From the NCBI GenBank assembly GCA_030390025.1, contig JASTWF010000034.1, positions 6,014,001 through 6,078,000 of the forward strand: a DNA stretch of 64,000 nt. Reading direction: 5' to 3'. Shown here piece by piece: positions 1 to 12,549 of this stretch. Position 1 is the stretch's first letter; each line of letters opens with the position of its first letter. The DNA comes from Squalus acanthias. Lineage: Eukaryota. Under the pieces are notes generated by a model that had not been told where the DNA came from, did no database searches, and saw nothing but the letters and a program-made list of their open reading frames with translations. The position numbers were made by a program, and so were the translations under genes.

Positions 1-322
1 GGATTATATCTTTTAATGTTCTGGTACTGAGCTGACAATGTCCAACACAGGAACCCTTTGACATTTCCACCAGTAACAGTGAACCTGAATCCCAGCATTA
101 AACAAGACAGGTTACATTCCCGGCCCTGGTTACATCTCTGACTTCATTCAATCAGCGAAGTTAATGATTGAATTGATAGGGAGAGAATTTTGAATTGAGC
201 TGAGTTTGGGGAATCTTTTAAAATATATTCTGTGATCTCAGAAATGATAATGGGAGCCTTGTGTAAATCTGTTGTGCTCAGCTTACTGTAACTAATAAGA
301 AGCAGAGAGATGTACTTTCCAG
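1..322. repeat. Direct duplication of 1795-2118 (offset 1794 bp), possibly the end of a ~1.8 kb tandem unit
   Basis: ggattatatcttttaatgttctggtactgagctgac...agcagagagatgtactttccag at 1-322 aligns with few differences to gggttatatcttttaatgttctggtactgagctgac...agcagagacatgtaggttccag at 1795-2118. Confidence 0.9.
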
Positions 323-2349
323 TTCAGTGATGTATCAGGAAGGGCAGTGAATATATAAGTGAGATCAGTGACTGAACAATTGAGATCAGTAATGTCTCGG
401 AATGGGCAGTGGCAGTACAATGTATGTCAGAGATAGTCCTAGAGTTGTATTGACAGTACAATATCTGTCAGTAAACCAGCTCGGATTGTATGGACAGTAC
501 AAGTGAGGTCAGTAATGTGCCTGGATGTGGAACGATGGTGCAAGTGTGGTTCGTGGACTACAGAATGGATAGTGACAGTACAAGTGAGGTCAGTGACATA
601 TCGGAATGGGTAGTAACAGTAGATGTGAAGTCAGTTACATTTCTAAATAACTATCAAATCTTCCTGCATGTTCTGTGAGAAGCGATGATTTCTGTTGCTT
701 GTGTTGAAACCGGCAGTGAGACTGTCAGCTAACAGGGTCATATTAGTGCCAGTCCGTTGGTCACAGCAGCATCAGACATTATTCCCGCTCATGTTTATTA
801 CAGAACTGAAAATATTTAAATAGGGATATCGAGGAGGGGCAAACAGGACAATCCACTTCTCCCAAAGATCAGTTTCTGAACACTCCAGGTTTGCTAATTC
901 AAACTGATCATTAGGTCGTGCTGTACCAGAGAATTTTATTTGTGAACTGACCTGCTCCATGTTTCAAGGACGGTGTCTGAGTGTAAACTAACCGGGTGAA
1001 TTGGATAGACAGTCGCTGAAATGACAGGATTAGAATTTATCACCAAAATTATCTGAAATCTGTAACTAAATCTCTGCTCTCAATGTAATCCTATCGGACT
1101 ATGGGCCTCATATTTTCTATTATTCCCAATTCTAGTGGAATAATATTCAGTTCTTTTGGGAGTTCACCTTACCGACGGGTAATATCTGTCTCATATTAAT
1201 GTAGATATAAAATAATCTACTTTCTATTTGTTATATGAATTGCCGGAAAGAACAGGTTAATTTCAGCCGTTCAGTGACTAATTGATGCCAGTCTCCATGG
1301 GAACTAATTGTCTCTGCTTGTTATTAATTCCAGTCAGTTGAACACAGCAGGTCATAGAGTATTCTTTCCAATGTTTATTATAATGAAATATATTTAAAAT
1401 ATATCACAGATCTGCATTTTGCTCACATCAATAAATCAATTCCTATCATTTAATCATTAAACACTCTGACTGTCCAAAAACCAAGAGATGTTCATCTCAC
1501 TCAGCGAGGTTGCACAGTGGGAATCGGGTTCACTCTGCAGGATTGAAAATGTAGACTGCTGGGTGGAACGGAGCTAATTAATATCAGGACTTTCAAAATA
1601 CGGCAACAGATTCTCACCATTGTAAGCAGCACCTTTCAGGGATTCACTATACCTCTTTATTAGTTCAGTCTATACAGCATCAGTGTGAAAATCCCCAGCC
1701 CCCCTCATAATGCAGAAAATAAGCAACACGGACGGTCCCTCATTGTGGGGGATGGAGATTTCATTGAAAGTTTTGTCTACACTGGTTAGAATCTGGGTTA
1801 TATCTTTTAATGTTCTGGTACTGAGCTGACACTGTCCAACACAGGATCCCTCTGAAATTTCCACCAGTAACAGTGAACCTGAATCCCAGCATTAAACAAG
1901 ACAGGTTACATTCCCGGCCGTGGTTACATCTCTGACTTCATTCAATCAGTGAATTTAATGATTGAATTGTTGGGAGTGAATTGTAGAGTTGAGCTTAGTG
2001 TTAGTTTGGGGCATCTTTTAAAATATGTTCTGTGATCTCAGAAATGATAATGGGAGATTGTGTAAATCTGTTGTCAGCTTACTGTAACTAATAAGAAGCA
2101 GAGACATGTAGGTTCCAGGGTGAGTCACATTCAATCCAGTCACTGAACAGCTTCAGTTTCCCTTTTCACTCTAAGAACCTTTACACAACAATATACTTTA
2201 AACCAGGTATTGGACAGATGTATATTAAAAACCCCACAAACCACAGAATAGGATCATTTTAATAACTATTGGGAATAACAGATGGTGCGAATCGTTCGGT
2301 GTGACAGGAATGATGGGCAATGAGAGTCAATTCATTTACAGCTTTCAAA

Positions 2350-4695
2350 TCACTACCCATCCTGGGCCTACAACTGATTCCTGTCCCTCACTACCCGGTC
2401 TGTGCCTGCACCTGACTCTAGTCCCTCACTACCCGGTCTGGGTCTACACCTGAATCCATGTCCCTCACTACCCGGTCTGGGTATACACCTGACTCCAGTC
2501 CCTCACTACCCGGTCTGCGTCTACACCTGACTCCAGACACTCACTACCCGGTCTGCGTCTACACCTGACTCCAGTCCCTCTATACCCGGTCTGGGCCTAT
2601 ACCTGACTCCAGTCCCTCACTACCCGGTCTGGGCCTATACCTGACTCCAGTCCCTCACTACCCGGTCTGGTCCTACACCCGACTCCAGTTCCTCACTAAC
2701 CAGTCTGGGCCTACACCTGACTACGGTCACTCAATACCTGGTCTGGTCCTGCAGCTGACTCCACTCCCTCAATACCTCGTCTGGGCCTGCACCTGAGTCC
2801 AGTCCCTCACTACCCGGTCTGGGCCTGCACCTGAATCCAGTCCCTCACTACCCGGTCTGGGCCTACACCTGTCTCCAGTCCCTCACTACCCGGTCTGGGC
2901 CTACACCTGACTCCAGTCCCTCACTACCCGGTCTGGGCCTAGACCTGTCTCCAGTCCCTCACTGCCCGGTCTGGGCCTGCACCTGAATCCAGACCCTCAC
3001 GACCCAGTCTGGTCCTACACCTGACTCCAGTCCCGCACTACCCAGTCTGGGACTACACCTGACTCCAGTCCCTCACTACCTGTTCTGGGCCTAAACCTGA
3101 CTCCAGTCTCTCACTACCTGCTCTGGGCCCACACCTGACTCCAGTCCCTCAATACCTGCTCTGGGCCCACAACTGACTCCAGTCCCTCACTACCCGGTCT
3201 GGGCCTACACCTGACTCCAGTCCCTCACTACCCGGTCTGGGTCTACACCTGACTCCAGTCCCTCACTACCCGGTCTGGGCCTACACCTGAGTCCAGTCCC
3301 TCACTACCCGGTCTGGGCCTACACCTGAGTCCAGTCCCTCACTACCCGGTCTGGGCCGACACCTGACTCTGGTCCCTCAATGCCTGGTCTAGTCCTGCAC
3401 CTGACTCCAGTCCCTCATTATCTGGTCTGCGCCTGCACCTGACTCCAGTACCTCACTATCCGGTCTGGGTATACACCTGAATCCAATCCCTCACTACCCG
3501 GTCTGGGCCTGCACCTCCCTCCAGTCCCTCACTACCCGGTCTGGGCCTACACCTGATTCCCGTCTCTCTCTACCCGGTCTGGGCCTGCACCTGACTCCAG
3601 TCCCTCACTACCCGATCTGGGCCTTCACCTGACTCCAGTCCCTCAATACCCGGTCTGGGTATATACCTGACTCCAGTCCCTCACTACCCGGTCTGGGCCT
3701 ACACCTGATTCCAGTTCCTCACTGCCTGGTCTGGGCCTATACCTGACTCCAGTCCCTCTATACCCGGTCTGGGTATACACCTGACTCCAGTCCCTCAATA
3801 CCCGGTCTGGGTATATACCTGACTCCAGTCCCTCACTACCCGGTCTGGGCCTACACCTGATTCCAGTTCCTCACTGCCTGGTCTGGGCCTATACCTGACT
3901 CCAGTCCCTCTATACCCGGTCTGGGTATACACCTGACTCCAGTCCCTCACTACCCGGTCTGGGCCTACACCTGACTCCAGTCCCTCACTACCCGGTCTGG
4001 GTCTACACCTGACTCCAGTCCCTCACTACCCGGTATGGGCCTGCACATGAGTCCAGTCCCTCACTACCCGGTCTGGGCCGACACCTGACTCCAGTCCCTC
4101 ACTACCCGGTCTGGGCCTACACCTGATTCCAGTTCCTCACTGCCTGGTTTGGGCCTATACCTGACTCCAGTCCCTCTATACCCGGTCTGGGTATACACCT
4201 GACTCCAGTCCCTCACTACCCGGTCTGGGCCTACACCTGACTCCAGTCCCTCACTACCCGGTCTGGGTCTACACCTGACTCCAGTCCCTCACTACCCGGT
4301 CTGGGCCTACACATGAGTCCAGTCCCTCACTACCCGGTCTGGGCCGACACCTGACTCCAGTCCCTCAATACCTGGTCTAGTCCTGCACCTGACTCCAGTC
4401 CCTCACTATCTGGTCTGGGCCTGCACCTGACTCCAGTACCTCACTATCCGGTCTGGGTATACAAATGACTCCAGTACCTCACTATCCGGTCTGGGTATAC
4501 ACCTGACTCCAGACACTCACTACCCGGTCTGGGTATACACCTAAATCCAATCCCTCACTACCCGGTCTGGGCCTACACCTCTCTCCAGTCCCTCAATACC
4601 CGGTCTGGGCCTTCACCTGACTCCAGTCCCTCAATACCAGGTCTCGGCCTTCACCTGACTCCAGTCCCTCACTACGCGGTCCGGGCCTGCACCTT
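2350..4695. repeat. 38-bp minisatellite, ~60 copies (ccagtccctcactacccggtctgggcctacacctgact)
   Basis: Period measured directly (agtccctc at 3181 and 3219); variant units recur in multi-unit blocks. Confidence 0.97.
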
Positions 4696-4899
4696 CAGTC
4701 CTGTCAGTCGTAATGGGCACTGAGTGTTGGAGAGAGATTATTGACAGTATAAATACCTCTTATATCAGTAATGGGTCAGTATTGGGGAAATAGGTTATGT
4801 ATATTAACGAAATGGTACAATTGTAAAGTGGGTGCTGTAACAGAGACACCGGTTCCCGCTTTAAAGGACCGCAGTGAATTATAGTTGCACAACCATAAT

Positions 4900-5340
4900 T
4901 TGCGGGATGCGTCTCCGCTTTAAGGTCTCTCCTTGATTCCAAAGCGCAAACTCGCCGCTGAAGCGGAAGATGTAATCACGCTGGGCGGGTAATAACGTAA
5001 CGCTGCTGGGCGGGGATTGAGGACAAAGGCTGCACTCCGATTGGTGGAAGCGCAGCGGCGCCACCCAGTGATTGGTTCACTCAAATGTCCATCAGCGTGT
5101 GGCCGGGGAGGCGGGAGCTGAGAGGCTCAGTTGCTGGAGCGACCGTTTGATTGGTTGGTGAGCTGTCCATCGTCGAGCGAGTCGGCGGATCCCCCAGAGC
5201 GGCACTAGCTATTGGTTGGGGCGGCTGTCGGTCAAGCAACGGGCGGCTGCGATTGGTCAGCGGCCCCTTCAGTGGGCGGGGCAGGGGGACGAGACTCAGC
5301 GCCTGAAGCGGTGGCAAAGCCCCGCGATTGGGCAGGCGGA
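4900..5340. promoter_or_regulatory. CpG-rich promoter-like island with six co-oriented CCAAT boxes and several GC boxes
   Basis: ATTGG at 5040, 5071, 5150, 5211, 5252 and 5327; GGGCGG near 4983, 5008, 5218, 5241 and 5274; high CpG density against a CpG-poor background. Confidence 0.65.
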
Positions 5341-5659
5341 GAAAGAGGAGGGTCCACCTCAGCCCAGAGCCCAGAACAGGTGGTCACACCGGCAGCTAAT
5401 GTTCCCAATCCCCACCCCGGCCCTGCCTGGGATTAGGCATCAAGCCTCCATCTGGAGGAGGAAGAGGATGGTGAATCGGGGAGAGAAGGCCAGAAAACCC
5501 AGGGAGGGAGAAGAGATTTGGGGGCCTGGAACACCCCCTCCCCTCCGCTCCGGTGGAAATTCCCGCCTCTGGGCTTCCCAATGGGAGATCCTATGTAAAC
5601 ATGTCAAGCTGTAGTTCCCACTCCTGCCAGAGGGGTCGATGCAGCAGCTGGAATTACTT

Positions 5660-6470
5660 AGGATATACGGCACGGCAAGAGGCCATTCGGCCCAACCAGT
5701 CCCTGCCGGGGTTTATGCTCCACTCGAGCCTCCTCCTGTCTTTCCTCATCTAACTCTATTAGAGTAACCCTCTATTGCCTTTTCCCTCATATGCTTATCT
5801 AGCCTCCCCTTAAATGCATCAATACTGTTCGCTTCAACCACTCCCTGTGGAAGTGAGTTCCACATTCTCACCACTCTCTGGGTGAAGAAGTTTCTTCTGA
5901 ATTCCCTGTTTGCTTTCTTGGTGACTATCGTATAATGATGGCCTCTAATCTTGCTCTTCCCCACAAGTGGAAACACTCTCTCTGTATCTTCTCTTTCAAA
6001 ACCTTTCATTATTTTAAAGATCTTTGTTATGTTACCCCTCAGCCTTCTCTTTTCAAGAGAAAAGCCTGTTCATCCTTTCCTGATAGAGGTACCCTCGCAT
6101 TTCCTATATTATCCTTGTAAATCTGCTCTGCACCCTCTCCAGCCTCTCACTATCCTTTTTATAATCTGGTGACCAGAACTGTATGCAGTACTCCAAGTGA
6201 GGTCTAACCAAGGTTTGATACAGGTTTAGCAGAACTTCACTACTTTTCAATTCGATCTCCCTCGGAATAAACCCACAGGCTTGGTTTGCTCTTTTATGGC
6301 CTCGTTAATCTGTGTCACTATTTTCAGTGCGGTGTGTATTTGTACTCCGAGATCTCCACCCCATTTAAATGATTGGTTTCCAAGTGATATATGGCCTCTT
6401 TATTTTTCTTACCAAAATGAAATACGTCACATTTATCTGTGTTGTATTTCATTTGCCAATTATATGCCAA
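5660..6470 (-). mobile_element. CR1 LINE 3' fragment
   Basis: ORF 5746-6009 RRNFFTQRVVRMWNSLPQGVVEANSIDAFKGRLDKHM matches the CR1 ORF2 C-terminus. Confidence 0.9.
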
Positions 6471-6704
6471 TTAAAGATCTGTTACGAATGCATAATAAAT
6501 AGTATCAATCAATAATGCAAATATATGACTATAACTATAATATTTATGTCTCCCCATCTCTCTCCCGCTCTCTCCATCGGTCTCTCCTCCTCCCCCTATG
6601 TGTCCCTCTCCCTCTCTCCCTCAGAATTATAAAAAGTCTCTTCACATAGGATATACGGCACTGAAACAGGCCATTCAGCCAAAGCAGTCCAGGCTTTATT
6701 GCAG

Positions 6705-6740
6705 GTCTCCAAGCCACCGGGATCTGCTACAGAGGAGTAG
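6705..6740 (+). pseudogene. PEX5: PEX5 pseudogene exon (36 nt, VSKPPGSATEE*), premature TAG
   Basis: ttgcag|GTCTCC...GAGTAG|gtgagg; corresponds to human PEX5 ASKPLGVASEDE, which immediately precedes LVAEF; last codon is TAG where E is expected. Confidence 0.75.
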
Positions 6741-7043
6741 GTGAGGAGGACAAACACAGTTATCGTGTCAGCCTGTAATCCAGGCTCCATTCACCGTGTG
6801 AGGGTCAGGGTAACTCAGCACAGGCCGGGAATGAAGCCTGGGCCTTTCCTGCTCTGAGTGTGTGGGGGCTCTCAGTACCACACCAGGCGAGGATCAGGGT
6901 AACTCAGCACAGGCCGGGGATGGAGCCTCGGCCTTTCCTGCTCTGAGTGTGTGGGGCTCTCAGTACCCACTCCGGGTGGGGACATTTCAGGATTGGGGCA
7001 CATATCATTGTGTGGGTCTAATTGCCGCCTCTCTCTCTCGCAG

Positions 7044-7176
7044 TTAGTTTCGGAGTTTGTGACTGAGCAGAATGGGCCGCTGCTGCCCCGGGCACCTCAC
7101 ACATTTAAAATGGACGACCTGCTGGCGGAGATGCAGCAGATTGAGAACTCGAGACTTCGCCACGCTCCGCAGCAAG
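7044..7176 (+). pseudogene. PEX5: PEX5 exon (133 nt) [44 protein letters not shown]
   Basis: ctctcgcag|TTA...CAAG|gtaaga; strong match to human PEX5 [44 protein letters not shown], including the LVxEF PEX14-binding motif. Confidence 0.95.
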
Positions 7177-7264
7177 GTAAGATCACCCCTGGGAGTAGAG
7201 GGTAGAGCAGGGAAACTACTCAGCACAGTCCGGGGATGGAGCCTGGGCCTTTCCGTGTATGTGT

Positions 7265-8125
7265 GTGACTGACCACGGGCTTTGTGGGTACAGACACACT
7301 GACCCCGGGTATTGTGGGTACAGGGTCACTGACCCCGGGCATTGTGGGTACAGGGTCACTGACGCCGGGCATTGTGAATCTTTTATTACGCCGGGCATTG
7401 TGGGTACAGGGTCACAGACCCCGGGCATTGTGGGTATAGGTTCACTGACCCCGGGCATTGTGGGTACAGGGACACTGACCCCGGGCAATGTGGGTACAGA
7501 GTCACTGACCCCGGGCATTGTGGGTACAGGGTCACTGACGCCGGGCATTGTGGGTACAGGGTCACAGACCCCGGGCATTGTGGGTATAGGTTCACTGACC
7601 CCGGGCATTGTGGGTACAGGGACACTGACCCCGGGCAATGTGGGTACAGAGTCACTGACCCCGGGCATTGTAGGTACAGGGACACTGACACTGGGCATTG
7701 TGGGTACATGGTCACTGACCACGGGCATTGTGGGTATAGGTTCACTGACCCCGGGCATTGTGGGTACAGGGACACTGACCCCGGGCATTGTGGGTACAGA
7801 CACACTGCCCCATGGCATTGTGGGTACAGGGTCACTGACCACGGGCATTGTGGGTACAGGGTCACTGACCCCGGGCATAGTGGATACAGGGACACTGACC
7901 CTGGGCATTGTGGGTATAGGTTCACTGACCCCGGGCATTGTGGGTACAGGGACACTGACCCCGGGCATTGTGGGTATAGGTTCACTGAACCCGGGCATTG
8001 TGGGTACAGGGACACTGACCCCGGGCATTGGTGGTACAGGGCCACTAACCCCGAGCATTGTGGGTACAGGGTCACTGCCCCATGGCATTGTTGGTAAAGG
8101 GTCACTGACCCTGGGCATTGTGGTT
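7265..8125. repeat. 30-bp intronic minisatellite (gggcattgtgggtacagggtcactgacccc), ~28 copies
   Basis: Direct tandem repeat that produces spurious 10-aa-periodic ORFs on both strands. Confidence 0.97.
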
Positions 8126-8206
8126 AAGGTCCTGAGGGTGATTACGGTCGCTCTGACTGTTTCACTTTAAATGGTGTTTGACTTCTGAACCTTCCTCTAC
8201 CCTTAG

Positions 8207-8314
8207 ACCCCGCTGTGGCCTGTCCAGCAAAGTGGACCCTGGAATACCTGGAACAAACGGCAGAGGAACTGTAGCTGGGGAACCCGAGCTGGAGCAGAGT
8301 GAGGAACAGAAATG
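8207..8314 (+). pseudogene. PEX5: PEX5 exon copy 1 (DPAVACPAKWTLEYLEQTAEEL*LG/EPELEQSEEQKW), with TAG and 1-nt deletion
   Basis: cccttag|ACCCC...AAATG|gtatgg; matches human [28 protein letters not shown]...DRW with its WxxxY motif; TAG at 8272-8274 replaces W. Confidence 0.88.
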
Positions 8315-8469
8315 GTATGGAGCGGGAGGGAGTAACAGTGGTAATGTCAGGGTAATGTAGAGGGAGCTCTGTACTGTACCTGCCCTGGGAGTGCACGATT
8401 CTGACACTGGGTATAAAGTGGGGGGACACTGTCAGGGTAATGTAGAGGGAGCTCTGTATTGTACCTGCT

Positions 8470-9200
8470 CCGGTAGTGGGCGTGGCGATGGCCACTTTGT
8501 GACAATGTTCCAGGCTGCCATGTGATTGGCTCCCGGTTCCTTTGTGATGTCACCTGGAGTCAGGGCCCCGCCCCTGGTTACGGCCCATCAGTGGGATGTC
8601 AGTGTGGGAGGAGCTGGAGTGACAGCTGACACTGGCAGTGAGTTTAGTCAAATTAAATATAATCAGTCACAAAAACAGTCCCACTGTATTCCAGTTACAG
8701 ATTCTGGGATTAATATGAATCATTTTTCTATTGACAGTCTCTGGGAGTGAGCAATATCTCAGGAAGGTGGAGAGAGAGAAGTCGAATCATCGCCACACTG
8801 ACTGGGACTGGAGAAATGTCTCTGGCTTCACAGAGCAGATCTGGTGGGACCGAGACCCCCAGTGTCAGAGATGGGAAAAAACGGGAAGCTTCAACAATGA
8901 TTGGAAAGGGGAGGAACTTTACTCTGAATCCCACCAGTCCAGGAATTTTCCGAGGTGCGATTCTAACCAGATACTGGGAGCTGTTCAACATCTGTTGTCA
9001 GGCTCACCTCAAGCGGCAAGTTGAGCGGAGCTTAACTCAGAGATAAACATTGCCCGTACCTCACCTGGGAGTGTTTGACACTTACAGGTAGTGGGATCTT
9101 TATTCACCCCATGCTGTACCTGAGCTGGTTGAGCTTCATTGGGCAGTGACAGGGGAACTGTATGCTGCATTGAACACATGATGTATCAGAGTTGGTTCTG
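8470..9200 (+). other. Cassette A: promoter motifs, non-coding exon (donor 8638), intron, exon 8738-8908 (ATG 8816, MSLASQSRSGGTETPSVRDGKKREASTMIGK); second donor mutated GT>GG
   Basis: ATTGG 8525, TGATGTCA 8545, GC box ~8564-8574, GTGAGT 8638, tttttctattgacag acceptor 8737; paralogous to copies B-E. Confidence 0.7.
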
Positions 9201-9790
9201 TTTGTGGGTCACTGAACTCGGGCATTGTGGATACAGATCACTGACCCTGGGCCTTGTGGGTACTGGGTGACTGATCCTGGGCATTGTGGGTACAGATCAC
9301 TGACCCTGGGCCTTGTGGGTACTGGGTGACTGATCCTGGGCATTGTGGGTACAGATCACTGATCCTGAATCTTGTGGGTACTGGGTCACTGACCCTGGGC
9401 CTTGTGGGAACGGGTCATGACCTTGGGTATTGTGGGTAAGGTATCTGACCCTCAGGAATAGTGAGTAGAATGTCACTGACTCTGGGCATTGTGGGTACAG
9501 GGGACTGACACTGGGCAGTTTGGGTAAGCTCAATGACCCTGGACATTTTCGGTAAATTATCACTGCCCCTGGGCATTGTGGGTACAGGGTCACTGCCCTT
9601 GGGCATTGTGGATGCATCGTCACTGACCCTGGGCATTGTGGGAACAAGGGACTGAAACTGGGCATTGTGGGTAAGCTCAATGACCCTGGATATTGTCGGT
9701 AAATGGTCACTGCCCCTGGGCATTGTGGGTACAGGGTCATTGCCCCTGGGAATTGTGGATACAGCGTCACTGACACTGGGCATTGTGGGA
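9200..9790. repeat. Degenerate second array of the ~30-bp minisatellite
   Basis: gggcattgtgggtacagggtcactg units with indels, upstream of the second PEX5 exon copy. Confidence 0.9.
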
Positions 9791-9874
9791 AAGGTCCTGA
9801 GGGTGATTACAGCGGCCTGTGGGTGTATAACTTTAAATGGTGTTTGACCTCTGACACTTCCTGTCCCCCCGCAG

Positions 9875-9983
9875 AACCTGCTGTGTCCTGCCCAGCGAAG
9901 TGGGCCCAGGAATACCTGCAACATACAGAAGAGAAACTGTAGCTGGGGGAACACGAGCTGGAGCACAGTCAGGAACAGAATTG
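9875..9983 (+). pseudogene. PEX5: PEX5 exon copy 2 (EPAVSCPAKWAQEYLQHTEEKL*LGEHELEHSQEQNW)
   Basis: ccccgcag|AACCT...AATTG|gtacgg; 109 nt, frame intact, but the same TAG (9940-9942) as copy 1. Confidence 0.88.
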
Positions 9984-10029
9984 GTACGGAGCGGGCAGAG
10001 GGAGGTAGTAATAATGTTAATGTCAGTGT

Positions 10030-11080
10030 AATATAGATGGAGCTCTTTATTGTACCTGCCCCGGGAGCGCTCCATGATGACACTGGGTATAAAGTGGAGG
10101 GACACTGTTAGGGTATTGTAGAGGGTGCTCCTTATTGTACCTGCTCCGGGAGTGCTTGCTGCTTCTACTGGGTATAAAGTGGGGATACTCTGTCAGAGAA
10201 ATGTAGAGGGAACTCTGTATTGTACCAGCCCTGGGAGCGCTCGATGCTGACACAGGATATAAATTGGGGGTACACTCTCAGGGTAATGTAGATGGAGCTC
10301 TGTATTGTACCTGCCCTGGGAGTGCTCGATGCTGACACTGGGTATAAAGTGGGGGTACACTGTCAGGGTAATGTAGAGGGAGCTCTGTATTGTACCTGCC
10401 CTGGGAGCACTCGATGCTGACACTGGGTATAAAGTGGGGGTACACTGTCAGGGTAATGTAGAGGGAGTTCTGTATTGTATCTGCCCTGGGAGCACGCGAT
10501 GCTGACACTGGGTATAAAGTGGGGGTACACTGTCAGGGTAATGTAGAGGGAGTTCTGTATTGTATCTGCCCTGGGAGTGCTCGATGCTGACACTGGGTAT
10601 AAAGTGGGGGTACACTGTCAGGGTAATGTAGAGGGAGTTCTGTATTGTATCAGCCCTGGGAGCACGCGATGCTGACACTGGGTATAAAGTGGGGGTACAC
10701 TGTCAGGGTAATGTAGAGGGAGTTCTGTATTGTATCTGCCCTGGGAGTGCTCGATGCTGACACTGGGTATAAAGTGGGGGTACACTGTCAGGGTAATGTA
10801 GAGGGAGTTCTGTATTGTATCAGCCCTGGGAGCACGCGATGCTGACACTGGGTATAAAGTGGGGGTACACTGTCAGGGTAATGTAGAGGGAGTTCTGTAT
10901 TGTATCTGCCCTGGGAGTGCTCGATGCTGACACTGGGTATAAAGTGGGGGTACACTGTCGGAGTAATGCAGAGGGAGCTCTGTATTGTACCTGCCCTGGG
11001 AGTGCTCGATGCTGACACTGGGTATAAAGTGGGGGTACACTGTCGGAGTAATGCAGAGAGAGCTCTGTATTGTACCTGTT
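10030..11080. repeat. 85-bp satellite, ~12 copies (gctgacactgggtataaagtgggggtacactgtcagggtaatgtagagggagctctgtattgtacctgccctgggagtgctcgat)
   Basis: Near-identical tandem units; ORF track repeats at 85/170-bp offsets; ~1.5 units also at 8345-8470. Confidence 0.97.
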
Positions 11081-12549
11081 TTACCTGATTTCTCTCATTT
11101 CATTTTGGCTTTGTACTGTTTTCTTGGTCACAGTGGACTGAATAATTGAAAGAAACTGTACGCCATTATTATTTATTTTTAAGGTGTCCTACCATGATTG
11201 CCAAAGCAGATAAAAATAGTGTAGGACAAATCAGTTAGTTTATTCACTTAAAGGAGTATTCAGATGACAAAACAGTGATAGAATAATTTATACTACTAAC
11301 TTTTTAAAACACTTAGGAAATCAAACCAAGACAAAATAGCACTGACTTTTCACCTTGAATAACCCTCGTTAACTGTTAAGAATGTGGTACTATGGGTAAT
11401 AGCAGATTAAGTGCCATAAGACAAAAATCTGCTGAAGCTGCATTCATGCATATGTTTTGGTCTTGTCCTGTCCTTCTGATTGTTTCAGAGTTACTCATAG
11501 CCATGGTTCTGAATAGTATTTCTCTTGACGGGGGTATCATTGAAAGACAATTTATTTGTGTAGTTGACAACATGTGCTTATCGCTAATAATCCTATATTG
11601 CAAAATTCAAGTACCACCCCATTGCACTCTGTGTTTAGAGTTACTTTGGGGATAACTTAGCTAAAATTACTTGATCCTTGAGGCATCGAGTTACTCTTTT
11701 TATATGTTCCGATCTCCTTTGGCTTTTTGCCAGCTGTAGAGGGAGTTTCTGAGGTTGCAATTTATCCTTAATGGTCCGCTGTTAATTCAAGTTTGAGAAG
11801 CTGCTTTGTTGTCTTTTAAATTTCTAGTAATTTCACATAATTATATGTTTTATGAGCCAGCATCATGATGGTTAAAGTAACATAATTATTGCCTGTATAC
11901 CCTGGTGCAGTGGAGGACACACAGCTATGCTTGTCTGTCATCAGTTGAAATAGCCAGCAGAAAATGGTAATTTGGATCATGTTATAAAAATCTCATTTAA
12001 GCAGTGGTAAAAAATAGCTTGACACAGACTAGGATTGGCAGTAGAAAGATATTTTTGTATTTATTGGACTTGGGCATCCAACCAAGAAATTACCATTTAT
12101 CTTCCCAATGCTCATACAGTGTGTTTTTATCGAAAATAGGTGATTAATAGCAGTATGTTAAAGGAGGCAAACAGCAAATCTTGGGCTATCATACTGTCTT
12201 CTGACTTAACTGGTGAAAAACATTTGGACTTCTTTTGCATAATTTCCACCTGTTGCTGTATTGAACCCTTTCTTCAGATGACAAATCTGATGTAATCTTT
12301 AAAGGTCCTAGTTATTAAGAATATTAACTAATTTAAAAAATGTTATCTGGCTGCTGGATAGGCAGCAATTCACATTCTAACATTACTAAATTAAGGCGTC
12401 GTAACACACTGCACTGCACCATAGAGACAAGGGTATAGTTTAGTTTGGCAATTCCTTACAATCCAAATGCAAATCTCAACTAGATTGGTAGAAAAGCAGC
12501 AATGGAGATCAGGTGTTAATCCATGTAGGAAATCTAATACTGCAATCTA

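Noticed and set aside
2350..4695. CRISPR-like appearance of the regular repeats, here and in the other arrays
   Set aside because: Head-to-tail units with no unique spacers, no cas genes, and a vertebrate context
5216..5660. 132-aa ORF downstream of the CCAAT cluster as the missing PEX5 first exon
   Set aside because: No MAMRELV/CGGANPLMKL similarity; non-ATG start; probably GC-rich or TE-derived sequence
7216..8170. 300-aa ORFs on both strands (PTMPGVSVPV / TPGIVGTGSL repeats)
   Set aside because: Artefacts of a stop-free 30-bp minisatellite inside a PEX5 intron
8731..9046. Cassette read as a single-exon ~100-aa gene or a structured RNA gene
   Set aside because: These ORFs start at non-ATG codons, cross splice signals and are broken in other copies; no tRNA, snRNA or snoRNA hallmarks recognised
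10030..11080. TATAAA in every 85-bp unit and repeated 76-aa ORFs
   Set aside because: A property of the satellite monomer; no other promoter or gene evidence
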